Assembly: GCF_001194135.2 (NCBI RefSeq)
Contig: NC_068999.1
Location: 53,585,254-53,649,253, forward strand
Direction of reading: 5' to 3'
Source: Octopus bimaculoides
Lineage: Eukaryota
Length of the DNA stretch: 64,000 nt
The translations under genes and the position numbers were made by a program. This document shows positions 1-11,092 of the stretch, piece after piece. Each line of letters opens with the position of its first letter. Within the stretch, counting starts at the first letter, position 1. The notes below the pieces were generated by a model. It worked only from the letters and a program-made list of their open reading frames with translations. It was not told where the DNA came from and made no database searches.

Positions 1-67
1 TATAGTAGTAGTAGCAGCATTAGTAGTAGTAATAATACAAAGAGTGAAAGAGAAAATGATGACTTAC

Positions 68-253
68 CAAAACCCTTGGTGAACAAGCACTGTCCAAGAG
101 AATCTTCTTGCAGGGAGTAGATGGCTAAGACAGTGTCATCAGGGAATCCTCGATGTGTTGGCACAAATGTTGCCAGTAAAGAACCATCTTGGGATATATC
201 ACAGCTAGCACCATTGTGTAGTTTACAATGTGGAACTATCACATTGTCACTGA
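68..253 (-). CDS. AMBRA1: AMBRA1 exon (186 nt): (I)SDNVIVPHCKLHNGASCDISQDGSLLATFVPTHRGFPDDTVLAIYSLQEDSLGQCLFTKGF(G)
   Basis: Acceptor tacttatag, donor TTG|gtaagt; strong match to the AMBRA1 C-lobe (CKIYNDASCDISADG...RGFPDEGILAVYSL...TKRFG). Confidence 0.95.
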
Positions 254-947
254 CTATAAGTATACATACATAAATATACACTGAGATATGAAAAAAAAAC
301 CAATGTGTTACAAAAGGTGATGCTGTATTTTCCAGCATACAAATTGATGTAGTATATGGGCAAATTTAGTTGAGAAGAGAATATTCAACAAAATTTTAAA
401 AATTGCTTTTTGCCATCTTAAAGGTATATTTGAAACATCACCTTTATCTATGCCAAAAAAATAGAGCTTAATTCACATTTTTTCATATTGAAATTTAAGT
501 TGGAAGATCAGTAATAAACAAGCGAGGGTATGGGCATAAAAGATTCTAAGTGTTGTAAGACAAATAGGTGCCTGATAATTCAGTTTGTCTGATATAGGTT
601 TGTGATAAACTTTTATCCTGTTTCCTTTTCTTTCTAAGTTCTTTCAATTTTTTTTCTCAGTTGTGAAGTTACATCAGTTTTACAAAACAATATGCAATTT
701 AAAGTTAATATATCCATGTTTAATAGACATATTTCACAATCAAATCTAGCGGTTCAGCAAAAGTAACCGATAAAATAAGTACTAGGCTTACAGTGAATAA
801 GTTCTGGGGCTCATTCCTTCAACTAAAAAGCCTTTTAAGGTGGTGCTCCAGCATGGCCACAGTCAAATGACTGAAACAAGTAAAAGAATGTGTGTGTGTA
901 TACATATATCAATCAATCAATCAATCAATAAGAAAAGTGATACTTAC

Positions 948-1058
948 TGTAAGTAAGGTCAGGGAGTTCTAGTTTCTTGAAGTCCCACCGTTGGATGCGA
1001 TGTGTCAAGTTGATAATATTAGTTGCAACAGCAATTTCACCTCTTCCCAAGAAAGCAC
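948..1058 (-). CDS. AMBRA1: AMBRA1 exon (111 nt): (G)AFLGRGEIAVATNIINLTHRIQRWDFKKLELPDLTY, start of the C-terminal WD40 lobe
   Basis: Acceptor cttgtcag, donor ACA|gtaagt; matches human NTTYRLQWWDFTKFDLPEI as recalled. Confidence 0.92.
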
Positions 1059-1209
1059 CTGACAAGTGGAGGAGAAAAGAAACACAAATATCATTCTAAA
1101 GCTGCAATTCTTGACCAATCGTGGTGATAGGATTCTAGACAGAAGTTTGGGGTTTAGGTGAAGAATTATGCTCAAGTAAAAAATAAAATTCTTTATCACT
1201 AAAGATAAG

Positions 1210-1695
1210 GCAATGTGGTTAAGTTTGCTTCTCAACCACAGGATTCTAGGTTCAGTCACACTACATTGCACCTTAGGCACTATAACCCTGGGTTGACCAC
1301 AGCCTTATAAGTAGAATTGGCAAACACAAAATCAAAGAAGCCTGTTGTATATGTATGTTTGTTTTCCAGTCTTGACATCACATGCTAATTGTAAATGAAT
1401 GTCACTGTCATACAAGCAGTGTCATTCATTTCCACTCACTATCTGTAAAAAAGACATTTGGCCATGGGGAAATATTACTTTCCTTCCTTGTTCAGTATGT
1501 ATGTGTTGCACCACCACCACCACTGATGTTGGTTTGTTTATGTCCCTGTAACTTATTAGTTCAGTAAAAAAAAAAAACTGATAGAATAATACCAGACTTT
1601 AAAAAAAAAATACTGAGGTAGGTTTGTTTGACTAAACCTTTGAAGGTGATGCTCCAGCAAAGGCCACGGTCCAAGGACTAAAACAAAGATAAAAG
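1210..1695 (+). mobile_element. tRNA-derived SINE, family A (CORE-like segment), diverged
   Basis: Head tgtggttaag...ggttcagtc, gaagcctgttg segment, tail ggtgatgctccagcaaaggccacgg...aaacaaagataaaa. Confidence 0.7.
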
Positions 1696-1986
1696 GTGAG
1701 ACAAGGTTTTGTTTCTTCACGTTTTTGAAGTGAAATTCCTCTGCTTTCTGACAGTTACACAAGGTCAAGCTGCATAATGTTTTGGTTCCTTTGGCTTAGG
1801 GAATTAAGGGGGAACAATACAACGGACAGAGCAGCACAAGGTTTGGTCTGATTATCTTGATAAACAACAAAGAACTTAATTTTACATACACCAAAGCAAT
1901 TGAACAGATAGCCAGTGAGAGAGAGAGGGGGGGGAGAGCATAATAGAGAAAGAAGGGTTGAAACGAGAGAGAGGAGGTGAAATTAC

Positions 1987-2129
1987 CTGCAATAGCCCTA
2001 TTAATAGCAGCCTGAAGAGTATCACTTGGGCGTGATGAAGCATCTTCTAAACTGCCTGTGTTCACATAATGATGATGGATTTGACGCTGGCGTAATCGTT
2101 GCAAGATACGTTCTTGGAGTCGCAGTAAC
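1987..2129 (-). CDS. AMBRA1: AMBRA1 exon (143 nt): LLRLQERILQRLRQRQIHHHYVNTGSLEDASSRPSDTLQAAINRAIA(G)
   Basis: Acceptor tttcttacag, donor CAG|gtaatt; phase 2 to 1; overlaps ORF 1796-2104. Confidence 0.88.
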
Positions 2130-2304
2130 CTGTAAGAAATGAATGTCCATTAAACGATGATGATGATCTACAAAAACATGTATACTTACTTGTGTGTGTG
2201 TGTGTGTGTACATATACACATATAAACAAGCGACAAAAACAAATTAAGTTGTGCTAATTGTACAGAAGCTATTTCAAAAAGCAGGACATCAACTCAATAC
2301 TTAC

Positions 2305-2383
2305 TTGGTTTGAGTATTGACCTCTCGCTGTAAGTTACGAGATATCTCCTCACGAGCCTCTGTTGATAACCGAGCCGACTCAT
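2305..2383 (-). CDS. AMBRA1: AMBRA1 exon (79 nt): (D)ESARLSTEAREEISRNLQREVNTQT(K)
   Basis: Acceptor tttctttgcag, donor AA|gtaagt; phase 1 to 2 bridges the flanking exons. Confidence 0.85.
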
Positions 2384-3377
2384 CTGCAAAGAAACATATA
2401 GAAAGAAAGACCAATCTCAGATTTTCTCACTTATACATCAAAATTGGAAACTATAATTAGAAAACAGAATCCTCCATCATTCCATCAACATTAGCGATTG
2501 TTGTCATTCACATGTACTCAGAAGCCATACTGCACTTATATGTATCTACACACATAATGAACTTACACGGTTTCTGTCAATCAAATCTACTCACGGCATT
2601 GGCTGGCTATAGTCGAGCAATTAAACAGCTCCTAAACAATTCCTCACAAACATACTATCACTACAAGCTTATTTGCATGTAATCTCCTCTCTTTGACTCT
2701 GCCACTGTTATTACAGCCGTCTCTATACTTTTCAACTTTATGCCTATCCCTCCAGCTACCTAAACTCCTTTGACATCCTTCCACTTGCAATTGCCTTTGC
2801 TGTGATTCTACTCCTTAATCCTGTACTAAACACTTTGCCTCATCCTTCTTGTCTTGGGTTGCAATCTTCTCAATTCCGTCCTTACACAGATTTTTCCTCC
2901 AAAACATTAACCCACAAACATTGAAACTGAACATCAACCTCATCAACTGCACCAGTCTTAAATGGCCTACAAAGGTCATAACCACTGACCTTTATCCTTT
3001 AACTAATTCATAACAGGAACACAAGATGCCATATAGTCAATTTGATCCTATTGGGTCAAATCCTCAGATTAGTTGCTCTGTAACTAAATGACCTAGAGAA
3101 ACTTGGGACAATGAGAACTACATGGTCAATTGAACTACTGGAAATAGCTGTAGAAGCTCCATCAAACATATATATATAGGGGGAGAATTTACAAAAAAAA
3201 AAACCAAAAGACGAAGACAGATGTATTAGTATAACGCTTGGGAATTGAAAAAGTCTTTAATGTTTCCAGCCTACACTCTTCCACATAAAGGAACACTGTA
3301 AAACAGTTGTAAGGATCATACAGATTAAGAGAAGGCAAGTCAATGTGTTGCAAGACGTTAATCAAGAATGTACTTAC

Positions 3378-6300
3378 CCAGTCTGCTTCCACCAAAACTG
3401 GCAGTGCTAGTCATGCCTCCAGGCAATGAAACCAACTGTTGCATATGCACAAGACGCTCATGACGCCGCAACTGAGCTATTCCATCTAAAGTGTTGCGCA
3501 CACTGCACACAAACTCATCAACATTGTGGTTAGCACTCCATCTCTCTAAATTCACAACTTCCCGCGACGGCACTTGCACTCTGGCCAAACGTGCTGCACA
3601 GCGCTGTTGTAATGATGCCATGCGTCGATCTAGCTCATCCAGTTCTTGATGCAGACGTGCAGTCACTTCAGTTATATCACAGGTAGCTGATGCAACTGCA
3701 CACAGTGTATCAAAGGCCTCATTAGTCGCAGCACCTGGATTATCATTAATGTTAACTGGTAAACTTTCACTGTTAGAGAGGTCAACACCTTGAGGGTTTT
3801 CTGGACGGCTAATGCTGTGAGCAGAGGGCAGCAGTTCTGGCCTCTCTGGATACTGCGAGAAACTCCGTCTGTTTTGACGACTGGATTCTTCATAAGGTGG
3901 GAGATCATAAATATTTGAAGATGCAGACAGGTTGTCTGAAGAATCCAAATCAGCAGAGTACATTCGGGAAGAATCCATATCTTCCCAGTTGAGTAAAGAT
4001 AGGTTTGGATTAGAATCAGGTATGGAATATTGATTGGGAGCATAGCTTGGGTCAAAGGGCAGATGTTGTGATGTCTGACCAGTGTGGGTCGTGGAATGTG
4101 TGGGCTGGAGCTCAACACTGTCCTTATGACACTGACCTAATGACTTACTGAAATTATTTTCTCTAGTCGTACGACTAGAACCTTGATTAGGATGAGTAGA
4201 ACATACACTACTAGTAGAGGGGACAGGGTTATGTAATCTCAAACGAGAGGATTTTGTGGGCCGATGACTCTTTCGTGAAGTCCCTGAATTAGATGTTGAT
4301 TGTATGGAGATATCATTACTGTCTAGAGAAGAACTCGAACCACTGGCAGCTGATAAATGACCAATTGAACAATTCAAGTTTTCTTCTGGAGAATGTAAGA
4401 GACTCTCTGACTCTGTTGAGGTACTTGACTCATAATGCTGTTGTTCATGTGGCACTTTGTTAGAATCAAAACCATGATTATTGCTATAGTTACCAGTGGC
4501 AGCAGCAGCAGCAGAATGGGAGTTTCTGACAGAACTATGTCCAGGGCATCTTTTAGAACTAGATTTGTATTTTTCTGGAGAAATTCTAGTAGCAGAGGCA
4601 AGCGGTGAAGACAGAGAGGATGTGGAAACTGACGAAGGACAGAGCGAAGAGCTGGAATATGTTGACTGAGCTGCTTGAGAAGAACTGCAAGAGAAGGCAG
4701 AAGAAAAAGATCTAGAATCATCCGTAGATCTGGGCAGATTTGAGCTCGGTGAATGAGTGGGCAGAGAAGTTGATGATGTTAAAGGAAGGAGGGGAAAATA
4801 ATTACAAGAGTCTTTTAGGGAAGAACTATGTGATGTGGAGGAAGAATAAATAGGCGTGGCACAGGGTGTATGTTGGCTACTTGTAGCACAAGATACAGAT
4901 GTTAAAATACTATTAGTAACAGAGACAGTTTCAGAAGATTGCTGCCAAGACGGTGCAGTAGTAGTAGTAGTAGTATAATTAACATCAGTGGACACTGTAG
5001 TGGAACTACAAATGGTGGGGACAAGAGACTTCTGAGGGAGATCTAATCGCTTGTTTTCTTCATAACGTGGTCTTTTAGAACTCTTCCCTTCATTGCCAAC
5101 ACTAGAGCTCACTGAACACAAAGGTCTTGTGGTGATTGTTGTTGTTGAAACAGATAAACTATTTCTATGACCTATCGCTGTGCTGGAGTGTTGCGATGTG
5201 TATATTGCTTCAGTTGCTGTCTGTGTAGTACCAGTAATACTTAGAGCTCGACAAATTGAATGGAAAGCTGATTTAAGTGCTCCAGCCTGTCGCAAACATG
5301 GTTTGGCTGTGCTACTAGAATTACTACTTTCAGAATTTTCCTCATTGTTCTGAGCAGGTAGAAGAGGGTTATCACTACATGAACTGGTACTGGGAACAGG
5401 TTGGCCAGATGTTGATGCTACTGGAGATTCAGAAATGCTGGTAGAAGCTTCGGATTTAGAAGAGCTTTTCGAAAAAGATGGTAAAATGTTAGTTGGTAAA
5501 TTACTACTCCTGCTCATCTCAGGACATGAAATAGGAATGTGGTCAGGCAAAGGTGGGGGTGGAGAGATTCGGTTATTTGTCTGAAGTGTGAATGTAGCAG
5601 GGATAGATGGAGATACACTGTTAGTAGTATCTTGCCTGTATGTTGAACTCAGAGTCTCAAGAATTTGTAAGTTCATTTTACAGGCATCCAGCCGTTCTGA
5701 TAGGTTTTGAGGCAAGCTGTTATTCATGCTAATAGACCTAAATGGAGACATTGAAGGCATTCTGCCTGAAGTTGTAGTTGGGCAAGACTGCATTTCAAAA
5801 AGTTCACTATTATGATACTTATTGTTGTTTTTACTATTACTATTATTATTATTATTATTATTACTATTACTATTACTATTATTATTACTATTACTATTAT
5901 TATTATTATTATTATTATTATCGTTATTACAAGTAGAGTTGTTGAGAGTGGTCGAAGGAGATGGGATAAAGCTGTTACTACTGTCAGTATCTATTTCATC
6001 ACAGTTGTTGTTTTGGGAGACACACTCTACATTTGGTGTTAATCTCATGGAGACACTGGTACTTGCCATGGGGGGAGTCTTCAGAACTGATGCTGCCATA
6101 GAGGTACTAGCATGGCTCAATCCAGCTTCTGCAATGTTGAAAGCCGAAGAGGCTGGGTTGTTGCTCTGAATTTCTGGGAAGAGTAATTCTGAATGTTCAG
6201 CAGATGATACGGGAGAAGGAGAAGGAGAGACTGGAGTAAAAGATGAATTTAAGAGAGCATTGCTGCCACTAGTGCTGGTGCCATTGAGATCCATGGAATT

Positions 6301-8540
6301 GGAGTTGTAAGACGACTGAGACTGGTCGTTGCGAGGAAACTTCATCTTAACATGGCTGTCTTCATCAGTAGAAGACGAGAAGGGTCGTTTTAGAGAATTA
6401 GTTAAATTGAACAGGAGGTTTTTCTTAACTGAGTCAGTGTACTGACTAAAAGAGTGTTTTCGTGACCAGACAGAAGAGTTTTTACCAGGAAGAGATACCT
6501 GGGATAATGGTACAGCAGTGTCTGAATTCTTGATATCCTGTGTCATTATAGGAGTATCAGAAGAGGTTAGACTAGCTGCAGGAAAAGTCTTGGGGAATTT
6601 TCTGAAGGAAGACGAGGAATTGCAGGTAACATTTCTATTCTTACCATAAGACGATTTCTGATTAAGGCGAAGAAGAGAGGTTTTAGTTGATTTGTCAGAA
6701 CCATAAGAGAGACCAGTTGACCATTTGTAATCGGCAACACTAGCAGAATGAGAAGAGGATGAAGTAGGGGTATAATTAGAAGTAGAAGCCAGAGAAGAAA
6801 ATGATTTTTCAGAATAGACTCCATTATGGCCATTGGTGCTGGTACGGACAGCAAGATCTGATGAGAGTTTGTCAGAAACTAAAGATTTTTTACTAGTTGA
6901 ACTGACATCAGAATCAACTGAAGCTGTACAGCTACAAGTTTTACTGAAGTATTCAGAAAATCTGGATACTTTCCTATCTGAAGAGTCCTTATTTCTTTTA
7001 GACTGGTTTCTATGAGACACTAACTTACATTTTGGACAGAAAGATAACAATGGCATTGATTCTGAACATGCTTCATCAGTATTATGTTTATTATCATTAT
7101 CATTATTAGCACTGATTCTACTACTACTATTATTTTTATTATTAACTAGAGAATAGTATTTCGTATCTTCCGAAGAATTAGGTGCCAAATTCAAATTATG
7201 TTGGTCATTAATGTTTGAGGCAAAGAGATCGTTTGTTTCTGAGTGAATACTGGTAGTATTAGGAAAAGGACGAGGGGCGAGTGTAGAGTACAAGTCTTTC
7301 TTTGACATTGATGACCCATATGATAATGATGCCGGTGAAGAACTGGCAGAAGACAATGATCTAGCAGAAGATGGTGAAGTATCAGGAGCAGCAGAAGCAG
7401 CAGCAGAGATGGAAGTCACAAAAGGAAATATGTTTTCAGAACTGACAGGAGTAGAAATGGTACTGTTGTTTTTGGAAATATCCTCAGTAGAAAATGAAGA
7501 AGAAAAAGAAGAAGCAGAGGAAGCAGAAGAAGAGAAAGAAGCAGAAGAGGAGGGGGAGGGAGAAGACTTAAAGTTTTCAGTAGATTCACCATTACATCCA
7601 GGGCTCAAACTGGGATCTGGAAAAGAACTGTTCAAATGGTGACTGTTCAATACTGACGAGGATAAGTTACTAAGTGTAGAAGTGCTCGAACCAGTCGACT
7701 GATTTTTTGTGTTTGGACCACGACTGGTGCCACAGCCATTACCACTGCTGCTGCTGCCGCTACTAGCAGACAGAGAAGAAGCTGTGGAAGGTCTCATCAT
7801 CCAAGGCATGGGCAAATCAGGGTCACTGCCTCCGTTATTTGAGTGCTTGTATAACAGGCGCCGTCGGAAAGGTTGAGGAAGTGGCCTCCATGCTAGCAAC
7901 CTAGAGGGACGGGAAAAATCAGAAGAGACTTGTTTATTTACAGCATCTGAGTTTGTTAACCTAGAATCTGTATTACTAGTGGTGTTATTACTACTACTGC
8001 TATTACTATTACTACTACTACTTCTACCTAGTTGGCCAAGCCGGTGACTGTCAAAGGATGATTGATCAGCAGGACTGGAATTGGTCAACACTGTACTGGG
8101 CAAGGAATTCAAAAGACTGGACCTCCTAATTGGCTGTCTTTGACTGCTAGAATAGTTAATATCACTCTGCAGGGATGAGTCAGTTGGACTAAGGTTCAAA
8201 TCGTAGTCAGATACTGGAGTAGAAAAATTTACAGATGATGTTGAAGGTACAGCAGTTGAAGCAGCAGCAGCAGCAGCAGAAGCAGCAGATCTTGTTGGGT
8301 TATAGAAAGCAGAGTGATAAGAAGCACCAATAAAATCTTGACGCCTGCGTGGTCTGTCCTGTAGGTTTTGAATGGAAAGGCGAGCATCATCCAGGGCACC
8401 ACGTACTACTTCAGAAATCTCAGCAGCATACTGACGTGCATAGCGAAGGTTATCTTCATGGACTGGAGACTGTGGTGCTATCAAACTGACATATGGCAAC
8501 AGTTCGTCATCAAGGCCCATGGAAGTAGGAATACTAGAGT
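3378..8540 (-). CDS. AMBRA1: AMBRA1 giant exon (5163 nt, about 1721 codons); Ser/Thr/Asn/Pro-rich low-complexity region
   Basis: Uninterrupted ORF 3358-8520, extended to the acceptor tgtttttcag (8541-8542); donor CTGG|gtaagt (3376-3377); phase 1 to 1 fits both neighbouring exons. Confidence 0.9.
5820..5928 (-). repeat. Coding (AAT/AGT)n microsatellite encoding an Asn-rich run in AMBRA1
   Basis: Plus strand (tat/tac)n; translation NNDNNNNNNNNSNSNNNSNSNSNNNNNNNSNSKNNNK. Confidence 0.9.
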
Positions 8541-8874
8541 CTGAAAAACAAAGGAATGGTATTTAGTTCTTGAACAAAGATGAAAGAAAACACTTGATCA
8601 CTGGGAGATATATCAATGACATTATGGGAACTGCTGCCAACAGTGGGAACGAACTTATTCAAAAACAACAATCATCTCTACTACAACTCAGAATCCGAAT
8701 GGAAGTGAAAAGCTACAGACAGAACCTGAACCACTGACCCTTGCCATGCTACCACAGAATTAATGTCTAGCTCATCACAAATAAAACTTGAGGAATCTTC
8801 TCAAAATCACTAAATAAATATCATTAAAAATTAAATAAAAATATAATGTTCTTGAAATTAAGCTGAAAATTTAC

Positions 8875-8987
8875 CAAGAGTACTGGGGATTTCACTCTGG
8901 GATCTTTCATAATTTTGATACTGGCGCAAGACTTCCTGATAACGTTCTTGAATTTGTCGCCGTCTGCTTCTCAAATCTGAACGGAGT
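8875..8987 (-). CDS. AMBRA1: AMBRA1 exon (113 nt): LRSDLRSRRRQIQERYQEVLRQYQNYERSQSEIPSTL
   Basis: Acceptor ttttttcag, donor TTG|gtaaat; phase 2 to 1. It is needed to reconcile the phase between exon 9972-10073 and the giant exon. Confidence 0.85.
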
Positions 8988-9971
8988 CTGAAAAAAATGT
9001 ATATATGTGTATGTTGTGTAAAAAGATAAGGACTAAATCAGGTAGGACAGTCTTTTAACGAAAACACAGCAAAGGAGCCTCAGAATCATACTTCTTTAAA
9101 AAGGAAGGACGCGTTAGATAAAATGGGCCTAGATATATATAAAGACAAGGTTGATGGCTTGGGTTCTTCCAAAATGGATCAAATAAAGGCTGATATAATA
9201 ATCCTTTCTATTACAGGTGCAAGGCCTGAAATTTTGAGGAGGGGTTAAGTCAATTACATTGACCCCAGTGCTCGACTGGTACTTATTTCCTCAACCCTGA
9301 AAGGATGAAAGGCAAAGTCAACCACAGCAGAATTTGAACTCAGAACATAAAGACAGATTAAATATTGCTAATCAATTTGTCTGGGGTGCTAATGACACTG
9401 CCAGCTCCCACCTTCAAAAGGCTGATATAACAACAACAACAACAACGATGCTTTCTGTTATAAGCACAGGGCTTGAAATTTTGTAGGGAGGGAACAAGTT
9501 GATTACATCAACTCCAGTGCTTAACTGTACTTATTTCATCGACCCGAAAGGATGAAAGAATAATAAAGTTTGAAATGGGAAGAATTTAGAGAATGCAAAC
9601 AGTAAAGGTCATGCCTATAATAATTGGTTTGCTGGGAACAGTAAGCCAAGATATAGACAAATGGCTGAAAGAAATTGAAATAGAATGCCCAACCCCTATA
9701 GAAAATTTGTCTCTTAGGGACAGCAAGGATTATCAGGAGGGTTCTAAGGACTTGAAAGACTGCTGAAAACTTGTGGATACTCCAGGTTACAGGTAGTAAC
9801 CCACTATCCACATAATTCTTACCAGGAATAAGATTGAACCTGAGCCAAACCAAAATAATAATAATTGAAATTAATAAAGTTAAAAGAGAAATAATGTGAT
9901 ATATATTCACTCACTCACTCTTTCTCTCTTATAGAAACAAACAAACAAGATGTGAAATAAGCTCTGTTTAC

Positions 9972-10073
9972 CCAGTTGAGCTCCTGTTTCCTACATGGAT
10001 CCGTGGCTGGATGGTTGTGTTATTGGCAATCCCTGTGTAGAGATAATGACCAAGAGGATCAAAGCAGAGCCAT
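9972..10073 (-). CDS. AMBRA1: AMBRA1 exon (102 nt): (R)WLCFDPLGHYLYTGIANNTTIQPRIHVGNRSST(G), end of the N-terminal WD40 lobe
   Basis: Acceptor cactttccag, donor GG|gtaaac; phase 2 to 2; FDPLGHYL motif. Confidence 0.92.
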
Positions 10074-10411
10074 CTGGAAAGTGAAAAATGAAAAAAAAAA
10101 AACGATTACATTACATTCACATCTTATATAACCTTTGCCTTTGATTTCTTTTAGAGTTAACCACTATGCTAATGAGAAAGAGGATGGGTACCAAAGACGA
10201 GATGGTATGTACAGGAGAGGTGGCTGCAGTGATATAGATAATGATAAAGTCAAACAGCTGTGTCAAATGTAAAACTTGCAAGTCTGGAAGGGCTATTTCA
10301 TGCTCAGCTGAATACGACACCAGGTAACGACACTCCATACACATCTGCAACTGATTGTTGACAGATTGATTGAGGCAACGAATGACATGTAAACTGAGAC
10401 AGTTTTTTTCA

Positions 10412-10526
10412 TTCATCATCATCATCATCATCATCATCATCGTTTAACGTCCGCTTTCCATGCTAGCATGGGTTGGACGATTTGACTGAGGACTGGTGAA
10501 ACCGGATGGCAACACCAGGCTCCAAG
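10412..10526 (-). mobile_element. Short 5'-truncated RTE-type 3' end with (GAT)n tail
   Basis: Reverse complement matches the 3' terminus of the RTE fragment at about 59570-59630; similar pieces at about 37925-38010, 41340-41480, 50065-50200 and 56130-56270. Confidence 0.65.
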
Positions 10527-10770
10527 AGAAACATTAAACTTTTAAAAAAAGGTAGAACACTGTAGGTTCAGACAAATAGCTGTTTTGAAATGTTAAAAAA
10601 ACAAATCTTGAGAACATCCATAACTAAAGAGGCAAAAGAATTATTACACAAAGATAGCTATGCTGCTGTTATCAGCATGATTGTTTTACATCCACTTTTC
10701 CATGCTGGCATAAGTTGGACAGGCTTTCTAATACAGTGTTTATAACCTAATTGTGTAGCTAGCAGAGCAA

Positions 10771-10969
10771 GTTAGCCAGTTGGGTGGCGAGCCTGTTAGC
10801 CAGTTGTGTGGCTGGCTGAGCCAGTTAGCCAGCCATGTGGTTAGCCAAGTCAGTTAGCCAGCCGTGCGGCTAGCCGAGCCTGTTGAGCCAGTCGTGCGGC
10901 TAGCCAAGCCAGTTAGCCAATCATGTAACCAGCTGAGCTTGTCAGCCAGAAGAGTAGTTGCTGAGCCAG
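10771..10969. repeat. GC-rich minisatellite, about 7 units of 29 bp (consensus gttagccagccgtgcggctagccgagcct)
   Basis: Unit starts at 10771, 10795, 10824, 10853, 10882, 10912 and 10941. Confidence 0.85.
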
Positions 10970-11092
10970 GCATAGCTAACTAGGCTAAACTAATTAACTG
11001 GTTTAGATACCTAGATGACTATTTATCGAAGCTAACTAATTAGTTAAATTTAGTACATTAAACAGATTAAAGAGATTTAAAAGTGTACTCAC

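Noticed and set aside
3672-7642. Alternative-frame and antisense ORFs overlapping the giant exon (3672-4118, 4374-4721, 5812-6169, 6567-6854, 7409-7642)
   Set aside because: They are shadows of low-complexity Ser/Asn codons (poly-L, poly-I, poly-E) with no independent homology.
10771-10969. 29-bp repeats as a CRISPR array
   Set aside because: The units are contiguous and degenerate with no unique spacers, there are no cas genes, and the context is a eukaryotic intron.
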